From Leptospira sp. (GTDB lineage: Bacteria > Spirochaetota > Leptospiria > Leptospirales > Leptospiraceae): a DNA stretch of 64,000 bases. Location: the NCBI GenBank assembly GCA_034439575.1, contig JAWXAQ010000027.1, positions 128,001-192,000 on the forward strand. Direction: 5' to 3'. The position numbers and the translations under genes were made by a program. This document shows positions 54,993 to 64,000 of this stretch, piece after piece. How positions within the stretch are numbered: the stretch's first letter is position 1; each line of letters opens with the position of its first letter. The notes beneath the pieces were generated by a model that did no database searches, had not been told where the DNA came from, and was given only the letters and a program-made list of their open reading frames with translations.

Positions 54993-55867
54993 ATCAAACA
55001 AACCCTTTCTAATTTGCATTCAGAACATATTTCATTTATCCTTTTGCCTTGGCATTTTTGAATCATACCGACTCTTGTTAAATAAAAGTCGTATAACAAG
55101 GGATCTTCGGGAGATAGCTTTCGAAAATAATCTCTAATTAATAAACTTTCTTTCAATCCGTAAGTTTTATTTTGTGAAATGCCTAAGATTCGTATCAATC
55201 TTTGGATATGAACATCTAAAGGGAAAGGTATATCACTACTTTTAATTTTTTGATACAAACCAAAATCTGGAAAATTTTTTCGCACCATCCATCTCAAAAA
55301 AAGGCAAATTCTTTTTTTAGCTGATTTTGCTTTTGGATCACCGATCAAAAAGCACAAACCTCTTGTTAGTTGTTTTTGTTTAGAAGTTGTTAGAATTTGA
55401 GTTTCTAATGTAGATTGGAAATTGGAAATTCCTTCAAAAGGTATAAAGAGTTCATTATCATTTAAAAATAATGATTCAAAAATTGGTTTTTGGGAACGCC
55501 GAGAGTAGTGAATTGTTAAAATCTCTGAAATGGATTTTAGGAGGATTAGATTATCTTCACGAGTTTGAAATCTATAATAAGAAATATTTTTTAAGGTATT
55601 ATGGTAATCAGAATTTTTTGTCGCAAGTGTTAAGTAAGGTGACGGTCCTAAATTTAAGAAGAGGGGCGATAAAAAAGAACGAATCGCTTTAACATTGCCA
55701 TAAGCAAATAAACATGTGAGAAGCGAAATGACTTCGATATCTAGAGGAGAATTGTATTCTTTTGGAAAACAAATAGGATCGGTTGAGAGATATTTTGGAT
55801 GATTGTATATTTCAATGACTTGGTTTAGGGCTTCTTTTAGTTCACTTGGAAAACTAAGAGGAGGCAT
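54971..55867 (-). CDS. TIGR02757/DUF2400-like protein (HhH-GPD related)
   Basis: DPICFP, FAYGNV, KRICLFLRWMVR, PLDVH, DPLLYDF; start taken at MPPLS (55867). Confidence 0.75.
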   Translation of the reverse strand: MPPLSFPSELKEALNQVIEIYNHPKYLSTDPICFPKEYNSPLDIEVISLLTCLFAYGNVKAIRSFLSPLFLNLGPSPYLTLATKNSDYHNTLKNISYYRFQTREDNLILLKSISEILTIHYSRRSQKPIFESLFLNDNELFIPFEGISNFQSTLETQILTTSKQKQLTRGLCFLIGDPKAKSAKKRICLFLRWMVRKNFPDFGLYQKIKSSDIPFPLDVHIQRLIRILGISQNKTYGLKESLLIRDYFRKLSPEDPLLYDFYLTRVGMIQKCQGKRINEICSECKLERVCLIGSATGN

Positions 55868-56768
55868 TGGATTTTTCTCGCGCAATAAATGTACGAGAAG
55901 TGAGGCTTCGGCCAAGGCGAGATTGCATAAACGAAGAAGCATCGATTAATAAATCTAAGTTGATACCTGTAGAAAATCCAGCCCGCTCTAAAAAATAAAC
56001 CAAATCATCGGTTGCTAAATTACCAGATGCACCTTTAGCATAAGGGCAACCACCAAGACCACCTGCAGAAGAATCAAAGGAGCGAAGTCCCATATCTAAT
56101 GCTTGTTTAACGTTTGCGATGGCCATTCCGTAAGTATCGTGAAAGTGTCCGGCAAATAAGGATGCAGGAATTTCTTTGAGTAGACAATTTAGCAAAGATT
56201 CAATTTCAGATGGCACAGCAACGCCAATTGTTTCGCCGAGTGATATTTCGTAGGCACCATAGTCTAATAATTGCTTTGCGATATCTAAAGTTTTCTTTGG
56301 GTCAATTTTTCCTTCGTATGGGCAGGCAATGACAGTAGATATATAGCCCCGAACTTTGATGCCATCAGATTTTGCTCTGCTAAAAATTTCTTTAAATCCT
56401 TCTATGGATTCTTTCACTGTCCGGTTGATATTTTTTTTGGTAAAACTTTCGGAGGTCGCAGTAAAAATGGCAACTTCTTTAAAACCTGATGTTAGTGCGG
56501 ATTCATAACCTTTGTTATTGGGTGTTAGACAAGAATATTGAATATCATTTGTTAAAGATTTATTTTCAAAGATTAGTTTGGCAAGTTCCTCTGCATCTCC
56601 CATCTGGGGAACCCATTCTTTTTTGACAAAGGAGGTGGCTTCAATATGTTTGATCCCTGTTTTTGCGAGCAGTTTGATAAATTCAAATTTATCATTCGTT
56701 GAAATGATTGTTTTTTCATTTTGCAATCCATCACGAGGACCGACTTCTGTGATCTTAACAAAATTCAC
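55854..56768 (-). CDS. Hydroxymethylglutaryl-CoA lyase
   Basis: EVGPRDGLQNE, HFHDTYG, GGCPYAKGASGNLAT. Confidence 0.93.
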   Translation of the reverse strand: MNFVKITEVGPRDGLQNEKTIISTNDKFEFIKLLAKTGIKHIEATSFVKKEWVPQMGDAEELAKLIFENKSLTNDIQYSCLTPNNKGYESALTSGFKEVAIFTATSESFTKKNINRTVKESIEGFKEIFSRAKSDGIKVRGYISTVIACPYEGKIDPKKTLDIAKQLLDYGAYEISLGETIGVAVPSEIESLLNCLLKEIPASLFAGHFHDTYGMAIANVKQALDMGLRSFDSSAGGLGGCPYAKGASGNLATDDLVYFLERAGFSTGINLDLLIDASSFMQSRLGRSLTSRTFIAREKSNASS

Positions 56769-56841
56769 TTGCCATAACCTTCCATGTTACCATTCTTTTC
56801 CCTAATCATTCATTGCAATCGTTTTTGTAAGATTCTTTATT

Positions 56842-57600
56842 GTGTTAGAAATCAAATCACTCAGCGTCTCTGTCGGGTCTAAAAAGATACTGAATGATAT
56901 CAGCATAATGGCTGATAGTGGGAAAATTACCGGTATCGTAGGAAAGTCTGGATCAGGAAAATCAACTCTTTTTAAAGTGATACTTGGGGTTTCTGAACTT
57001 CTAGAAGGCTTCAAAGTAGAGGGTGAAGTGACTTGGAATGGTTTGCACTTAAATAAATATAAAAAGAAACCAATCCAACCTGTTTTCCAAGATCCATTTT
57101 CCTATTTTTCCCCCTATTTGACTATTGAAAGAAGTTTATTGGAACCCATTTTCATTAAGGAAGGTCTTCGGCCAAAACCGAGCCATCTAATTCGTTACAA
57201 AGATAAAATGAATTCTTATATGGAATCTTTTCAGTTAAATCATTCCATTTTACTTAAAAAAACAGACCAATTGAGCGGTGGCCAATTGCAAAGATTAGCT
57301 ATACTTCGTGCTCTGTTATCTTCCCCTGATTTGATATTGTTAGACGAACCTGTTACCGCATTAGATGCATTAGTTCAAGTTGAAATTGTCCAAATGATCA
57401 GGGATTTAAATCAAAAAGAAAAAATGGGATTTGTTTTGGTTTCTCACGACTTGGGTCTTGTAAAAAATCTTTGTGACCAAGTTTATATTTTAAATGAAGG
57501 AAAAATTATAGAATTTGGCACATCTAAAGATATTTTTCAAAATCCAAAAATGGATTTTACAAAAGAGCTCATCCAATCAAGAGATTTGTCTAGACTTTAA
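56842..57600 (+). CDS. ABC transporter ATP-binding protein (peptide/nickel-like)
   Basis: GKSGSGKST, VFQDP, LSGGQLQR, LLDEP, SHD. Confidence 0.88.
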   Translation: MLEIKSLSVSVGSKKILNDISIMADSGKITGIVGKSGSGKSTLFKVILGVSELLEGFKVEGEVTWNGLHLNKYKKKPIQPVFQDPFSYFSPYLTIERSLLEPIFIKEGLRPKPSHLIRYKDKMNSYMESFQLNHSILLKKTDQLSGGQLQRLAILRALLSSPDLILLDEPVTALDALVQVEIVQMIRDLNQKEKMGFVLVSHDLGLVKNLCDQVYILNEGKIIEFGTSKDIFQNPKMDFTKELIQSRDLSRL

Positions 57601-57601
57601 A

Positions 57602-58618
57602 TCATTCTGGATTTTCAACAGGCACTTCTTCCGAATCATCTAACTGTGATTTTTTGGCTTCTGCGAATTTTTTGGCAATATCTCTTCGCCTTGCGATTAC
57701 TTTCGGGGAAACTGTCGCAAAAAATGGATCATTAGGAAAACTAAGCATTTTCGTATATTCTTGTTCGGCGGTCTCATAATCCGTAACTTTGGATGCGGTC
57801 TCTGCATAATAATAATGGAATTTTTTATCATAAGGAACTGGTCTTCCTTCTTGGGAGGTGAGGGATGTGCGAGCAAAGATTTTATATGCTATATGATGAT
57901 TTCCTTTTTCCATTTCGATTCGTGCAAAACCCAATTTAACATTCGGACTTGATTCTTGAATTTTTGATGCTTCTTGTAAATATTGGAAAGCTCTGTTTTT
58001 TAAACCTGTGGCGATATAATGATCACTCAGTCGAATCAATGCTTCGGTATCATAATTATTTTTTTTCACAGCCAGTTTGTAATTTAGAATAGCATAATAT
58101 ACTTGTCTTGTAATTTCCGAAAGTATGCCGATATGTAAATAGGTTTTAAAATAATCAGGAAATTCTGTTTTAGCGAATTCGAATTGGATGAGAGCATCTT
58201 CGTATTCATAATCAATGGAATGTAACCTCCCTAAATTGTATCGAAAGGGAAAAAACTGGGGATCATATTTTAAACCAGCCTGGAACATTTTTTTTGCTTC
58301 GGTTCGCTCTTTCTGTTTTCCTGTAAGAGCCAATTTGACTGCTTCATTATTCCAGAGTCCGGAATTTTCTATGGTTTTTCCTTCGTAAACAAAACTGCTA
58401 CGAGATCTAGGTGGCTCACCTTGGTAGAGTTTTCCTGTAGCTAGTATAAAATCGGCTTTATGATAGATAAAACTGCCATTTGGAAAATCTGATGTATCAA
58501 ATTCCTCATCTTTTCCCCATAAAAGTTCTGCATATTCCTTATCTCCGATTTGTTTTTGGGCAATAAGGAATGTGAATGAACAAAACAATAGTGCGAAACA
58601 GAACAAATATCGGAACAT
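57602..58618 (-). CDS. Tetratricopeptide-repeat protein with signal peptide
   Basis: Hydrophobic N-terminus; repeated TPR-like helices (YNLGRL..YEDAL, YLHIGIL..YAILNY). Confidence 0.7.
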   Translation of the reverse strand: MFRYLFCFALLFCSFTFLIAQKQIGDKEYAELLWGKDEEFDTSDFPNGSFIYHKADFILATGKLYQGEPPRSRSSFVYEGKTIENSGLWNNEAVKLALTGKQKERTEAKKMFQAGLKYDPQFFPFRYNLGRLHSIDYEYEDALIQFEFAKTEFPDYFKTYLHIGILSEITRQVYYAILNYKLAVKKNNYDTEALIRLSDHYIATGLKNRAFQYLQEASKIQESSPNVKLGFARIEMEKGNHHIAYKIFARTSLTSQEGRPVPYDKKFHYYYAETASKVTDYETAEQEYTKMLSFPNDPFFATVSPKVIARRRDIAKKFAEAKKSQLDDSEEVPVENPE

Positions 58619-58627
58619 GGCAATTGT

Positions 58628-59233
58628 ATGTCTCAGGATGTGATCCTTGAAAATAAATCTCTCACATTAACTGTCGGTTATAAAACACTTTTTCGTGAAT
58701 TGCCGATTTCTTTTCCGAGCACTGGACTTGTTCTTATCGAAGGAGAAAATGGAGCAGGAAAAACAACCTTACTGCGAGAGATTTATTTGAATGGCACTGA
58801 TTCTCCAAACTGGCACTGGCCCTTGGGAAAACAAAATATTGGATTTTTAGGTCATGAATTAGGACTTTATACTTCGCTCACTTTGGAAGAAAATCTTCGT
58901 TATTTTTCTTCGCTAAGTAAAACTTCCCTGAGTGAATCTGAAATTTTATCTATGGTTGATTTTTATAAACTCACTCGTAGAAAAAAAGATCCCATTTATA
59001 CATATTCACGAGGTATGAAACAAAAGGCAGCTATCCTTAGAACCTTTGTTTCCAATCCAAAAATAATTTTAATGGATGAGCCATTCACTGGTCTCGATAA
59101 AGAAGCCATTAGCCTTTTTACCTCACATTTAAATAGAGAAAAGAAAGATCGATTGATCGTTGTCGTATTGCACGAAATTCCAGGCGGCCTTATCATAGAT
59201 AAAAAGATTTCTATAGGTAAGGAAAAATTTTAG
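58628..59233 (+). CDS. ccmA: Heme export ABC transporter ATPase CcmA
   Basis: GENGAGKTT, FLGHE, YSRGMKQ, MDEPFTGLD; precedes ccmB/ccmC-like genes. Confidence 0.75.
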   Translation: MSQDVILENKSLTLTVGYKTLFRELPISFPSTGLVLIEGENGAGKTTLLREIYLNGTDSPNWHWPLGKQNIGFLGHELGLYTSLTLEENLRYFSSLSKTSLSESEILSMVDFYKLTRRKKDPIYTYSRGMKQKAAILRTFVSNPKIILMDEPFTGLDKEAISLFTSHLNREKKDRLIVVVLHEIPGGLIIDKKISIGKEKF

Positions 59234-59889
59234 TGTTTTTGAAATTAGTAAAAAAAGAATTCCTCCTCGTCGGAAGATCCCTTGGCGGTTTACTTTCCCT
59301 TGTCTCTTTGAGTCTTTGTGTCATGTTTATATTTTATACTTCTATTGAGGTGAATGAAAGTTTGAGTGAAAGGAGTGTTAGGGGACTCAAATGGGCGATC
59401 CTTTTTGTTTTAAATTTTGTTTTGGTCGGCCAATCACTTTGGGAAGAACGAGAAGCGGGGGGATGGTTTGCCTCTTTATCATTTGTTTCGGTCAGTAAAT
59501 TGTTTTTTGCAAAGTCATTTGTGATTTGGTTATGTACATCTATATCAAACGCCTTACTCATATTAGTTTTTTGTGTTTTCTTTCAAAACGCCCATATGGA
59601 TTCTTTTTTAGGCCAATGGCTATTTTCTAATCTTGGTAGTCTCTCTCTTGTTTTTCTTGGTGTTTCTATGGGGCTCATTTCTGAAGAAAGTAGAGTGAAA
59701 GAAATCGTCTTACCCTTATTGCAGCTACCATTTTCGATTCCCTTATTTCTTTTTGGTTTGGAAGCAGAAACACGATTCTGGATGGAATCTGGCTTTTATT
59801 TTCCAAGTGTTTTCCTCCTTCTCTTTTTTGCGGTTTTTTACGGTGCTTTGGGTGGACTTTTTCTAGAAATCCTGAAGAAAGAATCCTGA
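59233..59889 (+). CDS. ccmB: Heme exporter permease CcmB
   Basis: About six TM helices; LPLLQLPFSIPL; context. Confidence 0.75.
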   Translation: MFLKLVKKEFLLVGRSLGGLLSLVSLSLCVMFIFYTSIEVNESLSERSVRGLKWAILFVLNFVLVGQSLWEEREAGGWFASLSFVSVSKLFFAKSFVIWLCTSISNALLILVFCVFFQNAHMDSFLGQWLFSNLGSLSLVFLGVSMGLISEESRVKEIVLPLLQLPFSIPLFLFGLEAETRFWMESGFYFPSVFLLLFFAVFYGALGGLFLEILKKES

Positions 59890-59937
59890 TTTCCCTTTTT
59901 TCCTAGAATTTTAAAGAGAATTCGCAATACTGGACTT

Positions 59938-60636
59938 GTGAGAAAAAAGATTCCCTTAATCCCCATGGCAGTCGATTGGCTATTGTGGTTACTTGTATCC
60001 ATCTCGGTACCTGTTGCTATTTTTATGGGACTCATGTATCCAAACGTGATATTAGAACAAGGCCTGAGTCACAGAATTTTTTACTTCCATGTTCCGGTCG
60101 CATGGGTTGCGTTATATGGACCCATCCTTGCCAGTGTGTTCTCTTTATTTTTTCTTTTTTCAAAAAAAGTGATTTGGGATCATTTGGCATTCACATCAAA
60201 CCAATTGTCATTTTTATTCGCTCTTGGAGTTTTATTTTCTGGTCCAATATGGGCGTATAGTGCTTGGGGGGTGCCTTGGGATAGAACGGATGCTAGGTTA
60301 CAGTCTTTCTTTATTTTATGCCTCACTCTTGTATCTTATTTTGTCTTTCGTTTTCTCATTCAAGATCCTAAAAAAAAGGCCATTCTTTCTTCTTATCTTT
60401 CTTTACTTTGTGCTATGAGTTCTATCCTCACTTGGGGTGCCATTCGTTGGATAGAAAATCCCGGAAACCATCCAGGCTCTGTTCTTGGCAAGGGAGGAAT
60501 GGATGTTGATATGAAATTGACTTTTTGGTTTAGTGTATTGGCATTTCATTTTTTATTTTTATTACTCTTTTTACTCACCTATCGTTCTGAAAAAATTATA
60601 GCCTATAGAGATTCACTTCGAGTGGAAAGAGGTTAG
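59938..60636 (+). CDS. ccmC: Cytochrome c biogenesis protein CcmC
   Basis: RIFYFHVP, Trp-rich [18 protein letters not shown]. Confidence 0.85.
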   Translation: MRKKIPLIPMAVDWLLWLLVSISVPVAIFMGLMYPNVILEQGLSHRIFYFHVPVAWVALYGPILASVFSLFFLFSKKVIWDHLAFTSNQLSFLFALGVLFSGPIWAYSAWGVPWDRTDARLQSFFILCLTLVSYFVFRFLIQDPKKKAILSSYLSLLCAMSSILTWGAIRWIENPGNHPGSVLGKGGMDVDMKLTFWFSVLAFHFLFLLLFLLTYRSEKIIAYRDSLRVERG

Positions 60637-60639
60637 CTA

Positions 60640-61770
60640 ATGATTCTCTCCGATAAAGAAAATCATAATATTCTTATCGTAGATGATGTTGCAGAGAATG
60701 TTGAATTATTAAAATACTTACTATCGAGTGAAGGATTTAATACTTTTACTGCTTCTTCTGCGGAAGAGGCCAGGTTGATTTTAGTTAATACTGCCATTGA
60801 TGTATTGCTATTAGATGTCAATATGCCTGTGCAAGATGGATTTTCATTTTGTCGGGAACTGCGTAGCATTGATAAATATAAACTACTACCTATCATATTC
60901 ATCACTTCGATAGAAAGAGAAATTGGTTTTGAAGAGGCCATGCGTAATGGTGGCGATGATTTTATCAATAAACCATTCAATAAAAGAGAGTTAGTCGCCA
61001 AAATCCACTCGATTGTTCGCATCAAAGATTTGCAAGACGAACTCACACAAGAAAAAGCAAAGTACGAAAAAGAATTACAAACGGCAAGAAAAGTACAAGA
61101 CCAATTGATTCCGGAAAAAAAATTCATATGGAATGGTATCAAAGCGGAGACTTTATTTCATCCGTACTTCCAAATTGGTGGAGATTTTGTAGATTCTTGG
61201 GCTGATGCAAAAAAATTGCATATTGTCATTGCCGATTGTTCAGGACATGGACCGAGTGCTGCTCTTATCGGTGCCATGTTTAAAATGCAACTTTTTAATT
61301 TAAACCCACAAATGGGATTAAAAGAGAGAGTTGATCATATCCGTAAAAATATGGAAATCGTATTGCCTGAAGATTATTCTATAACATTTTGTTATGCTAT
61401 GTTAGATGAAGATTTTACTTTAACATATATTAATGGGGGGCATCCTGCTCCATTAGTTTTTATGAATGGCGCTACTTCATTTTTGGAAGGTAGAAGTCCG
61501 ATGATTATGGGAATTAATTTGAACGCCAAAGACGAGGTTCAAACTATAAAATTACCTCCACATTCAAAGTTATTTCTTTATACAGATGGAGCGAGTGAAG
61601 CTATGAATGAATCTTCAGCCTATTTAGCAGAAGAAGGTATGAAAGATATATTTCATACCGCCGTCATGGAGGGAGGGGAAATTTTGGAATTAGTGAGAAA
61701 CAAAATATTATCTTTTTGCGGTACCAGGGCACCACTTGATGATATGGCTATGGTATGCATACAATTATGA
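60640..61770 (+). CDS. Response-regulator receiver plus PP2C/SpoIIE (RsbU-like) phosphatase
   Basis: IVDD, LLDVNMP, KPF; GGDF, ADCSGHG, YTDG, DDMA. Confidence 0.9.
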   Translation: MILSDKENHNILIVDDVAENVELLKYLLSSEGFNTFTASSAEEARLILVNTAIDVLLLDVNMPVQDGFSFCRELRSIDKYKLLPIIFITSIEREIGFEEAMRNGGDDFINKPFNKRELVAKIHSIVRIKDLQDELTQEKAKYEKELQTARKVQDQLIPEKKFIWNGIKAETLFHPYFQIGGDFVDSWADAKKLHIVIADCSGHGPSAALIGAMFKMQLFNLNPQMGLKERVDHIRKNMEIVLPEDYSITFCYAMLDEDFTLTYINGGHPAPLVFMNGATSFLEGRSPMIMGINLNAKDEVQTIKLPPHSKLFLYTDGASEAMNESSAYLAEEGMKDIFHTAVMEGGEILELVRNKILSFCGTRAPLDDMAMVCIQL

Positions 61771-62618
61771 ATCCAAGTTACAGAGGAAAAGTTCGGGATG
61801 TCTATGATCTTGGTGACAAACTGGTTTTATGTGCTACGGACAGAATATCTGCGTTCGATGTAGTATTCGCGGAAAGTGTTCCAGATAAAGGAAAGATATT
61901 AACTCGTATTTCTACAAAATGGTTTCAATTTTTTAAGGAATATAAAAATCATCTTATCACAGATAACATTAGTTTGTTCCCCGATCCATTTAAAAACCAA
62001 GAATCATTTAAAGATAGATCCGTTTTAGTAAAAAAAACAAAACGCATTGATTATGAATGTGTGGTTCGCGGGTATATTTCTGGCTCTGCCTATAAAGAAT
62101 ATAAAGCTACTGGCCAAGTCGCATTTGTAGATTATCCGAAGGGAATGTTTGAATCAGAAAAATTTGGAAGTCCGATTTTTACACCTGCCAGAAAGAATGA
62201 TGAAGGTCACGATGAAAATATTAGCGAAGATACTATGCGAAACGAAATCGGAGCAGATCTTTTTTCAAAATTAAAGGAAACATCCATTTCTATTTATTCC
62301 AAAGCACACGAACAGATGTTAAAAGAGGGTATTTTGCTTTGTGATACAAAATTTGAATTTGGACTCCTAAACGACGAACCCATATTAATTGATGAAATTT
62401 TAACTCCAGATTCTTCTCGTTATTGGGATTTGGATGCATATAAAGTGGGAACAACACCTGCCAGTTTAGATAAGCAGATCCTTAGAAATTGGCTAGAAAC
62501 TACGGGTTGGAATAAAACACCACCAGCTCCTGCCTTGCCTGCCTCATTGATTTTAGAACTTAGAGCAAAATATTTACAATTAGAAGAGAAAATTAACAAA
62601 TGTTTATCATCAAAATAA
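61767..62618 (+). CDS. purC: SAICAR synthetase
   Basis: [35 protein letters not shown] overlap with upstream stop. Confidence 0.97.
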   Translation: MNPSYRGKVRDVYDLGDKLVLCATDRISAFDVVFAESVPDKGKILTRISTKWFQFFKEYKNHLITDNISLFPDPFKNQESFKDRSVLVKKTKRIDYECVVRGYISGSAYKEYKATGQVAFVDYPKGMFESEKFGSPIFTPARKNDEGHDENISEDTMRNEIGADLFSKLKETSISIYSKAHEQMLKEGILLCDTKFEFGLLNDEPILIDEILTPDSSRYWDLDAYKVGTTPASLDKQILRNWLETTGWNKTPPAPALPASLILELRAKYLQLEEKINKCLSSK

Positions 62619-62848
62619 ATATCACATTAAAAGATTCCGTATTAGATCCGCAAGGGCAAACCGTCTTGCGTGCATTACACGACCAAGGCAAAGAATTGGT
62701 AAGTGATTTGCGTGTGGGAAAATATATCGAAGTCAAAGTTAAAACAGATGATAAGTCTGTGGCAGAAAAGCACGCTAAAGACTTATGTGAATCCATACTT
62801 GTAAACCAAGTCATTGAAACCTATCGTTATACTGTAGAAAAATTATGA
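62600..62848 (+). CDS. purS: FGAM synthase subunit PurS
   Basis: VLDPQG, VGKYIE, LVNQVIE. Confidence 0.95.
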   Translation: MFIIKINITLKDSVLDPQGQTVLRALHDQGKELVSDLRVGKYIEVKVKTDDKSVAEKHAKDLCESILVNQVIETYRYTVEKL

Positions 62849-63498
62849 AAGTTAATGTGATCACATTTCCAGGTTCCAATTGTGATAAAGACATTGGTTC
62901 TATACTCGCAAAAGAATATTCGGCAGACGTTTCTTTTATTTGGCATAGAGACCAATTTGAGAATGAACCCGACTTGGTTGTGTTACCTGGTGGATTTTCT
63001 TTTGGTGATTATTTGCGATGTGGAGCTATGGCAAAGTACAGTCCGTCCATGAAATCTGTCTTGGAACATAAAAATCGAGGTGGAATGATTCTAGGAGTCT
63101 GTAACGGTTTCCAAATTCTTACAGAAAGCGAACTTTTGCCAGGTGCCTTGCTACACAATCGGTCTTTAAAATATATCTGTAAGGATGTGGATTTAAACCC
63201 TGTTAAGAATAATTCTATTTCTAAAGATATCCATAAACCAAATCTCACTATCCCAATTGCCCATGGAGAAGGGGCTTTTTATGCAGAGCCTGAAACTCTA
63301 AATCAAATAGAAGGTAATGGCCAAGTCGTATTTCGTTATGCACAAAATCCCAATGGATCACTCAACGATATCGCAGGACTTTCGGATAAGGCAGGTAGAG
63401 TGATCGGAATGATGCCACATCCAGAACGAGCGATCAATCCTTATACAGATCATATGGATGGAAAAATAATTTTTGATGCTATTTTTGCAAAAATGTAA
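62845..63498 (+). CDS. purQ: FGAM synthase subunit PurQ
   Basis: FPGSNCD, GGFSFGDYLR, GVCNGFQIL, MMPHPER. Confidence 0.97.
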   Translation: MKVNVITFPGSNCDKDIGSILAKEYSADVSFIWHRDQFENEPDLVVLPGGFSFGDYLRCGAMAKYSPSMKSVLEHKNRGGMILGVCNGFQILTESELLPGALLHNRSLKYICKDVDLNPVKNNSISKDIHKPNLTIPIAHGEGAFYAEPETLNQIEGNGQVVFRYAQNPNGSLNDIAGLSDKAGRVIGMMPHPERAINPYTDHMDGKIIFDAIFAKM

Positions 63499-63512
63499 AT
63501 AAGATTAAGCAC

Positions 63513-63540
63513 TTGTCTTGCTTTTTCGTCAAAGTATAAT
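63513..63540 (+). promoter_or_regulatory. Sigma70-like promoter upstream of glgC
   Basis: TTGTCT-N16-TATAAT. Confidence 0.55.
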
Positions 63541-63554
63541 ATAAAGATACCTCT

Positions 63555-64000
63555 ATGCGTTTCCAGGAAGACTCAATTGATTGCGTGGATTTTATATTAA
63601 GAAAGGACGAAGTTCTGACAGTCATTTTAGGGGGGGGAAAGGGAACGCGCCTTCTCCCACTAACGGAGAAAAGGTCTAAGCCTGCCGTCAGCTTTGGCGG
63701 AAAGTATAGACTTATTGATATTCCTATTTCCAATTCACTCAATAGCGGTTTTGAAAAAATCTTTGTTTTAACACAGTTTAATTCCTATTCTCTCAATCGT
63801 CACGTCCATCGAACGTATTCTTCAAATTCCATTCACCAAAAAACCTTCGTGGAAATTATCGCTGCAGAACAAACCGTTTCGAGTATCAATTGGTTTGAAG
63901 GCACGGCGGATGCTGTGCGAAAAGTATTGCCCTATATCCGAGAACAAAAACCAAAATATGTTCTGATTCTTTCCGGGGACCAATTGTACAATATGGATCT
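63555..64000 (+). CDS. glgC: Glucose-1-phosphate adenylyltransferase, 5' part (runs off the window; not in ORF track)
   Basis: Translated by hand: [43 protein letters not shown]...[12 protein letters not shown]...WFEGTADAV...ILSGDQLY. Confidence 0.93.
   Translation, partial: MRFQEDSIDCVDFILRKDEVLTVILGGGKGTRLLPLTEKRSKPAVSFGGKYRLIDIPISNSLNSGFEKIFVLTQFNSYSLNRHVHRTYSSNSIHQKTFVEIIAAEQTVSSINWFEGTADAVRKVLPYIREQKPKYVLILSGDQLYNMD

Noticed and set aside
63479..63742. 87-aa minus-strand ORF
   Set aside because: Antisense to glgC, which is the real gene here

Overview
Bacterial chromosomal window, almost certainly from a Leptospira (spirochaete-type RpoB, LA_3751-like glycosyltransferases, divergent EF-G paralogue in the str operon); species not determinable from sequence alone. 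Layout: (1) 1-12.5 kb, a very AT-rich surface-glycosylation cluster (two GT2/DPM1-like enzymes, one with a GtrA domain; an O-antigen-ligase-like protein; four paralogous GT-C-type membrane proteins; an ArnT/PMT-like GT; an OafA-type acyltransferase). (2) 12.6-19.1 kb, housekeeping genes (App1-like phosphatase, UbiD, hldD, ArsR, SDR, HATPase-like protein). (3) 19.3-49.2 kb, a contiguous co-oriented tRNA-secE-nusG-rplKAJL-rpoBC-str-S10-spc-alpha supercluster. (4) 49.3-64 kb, YARHG protein, acyltransferase-GpsA fusion, hisZ-purA, two tRNAs, ccmABC, REC-PP2C, purCSQ and the start of glgC. No mobile elements or CRISPR arrays were seen. Most notable: a CTG-initiated infA missed by the ORF track; an EF-G-like gene lacking the domain IV tip motifs, placed right behind an intrinsic terminator; a plastid-type GPAT-GpsA fusion; the GT-C paralogue array; an alpha-CTD with altered DNA-binding residues; and a perfect 13-bp palindrome upstream of the supercluster promoter. 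Family calls come from recalled motifs, not database searches, and several oddities may be Leptospira-wide rather than new.
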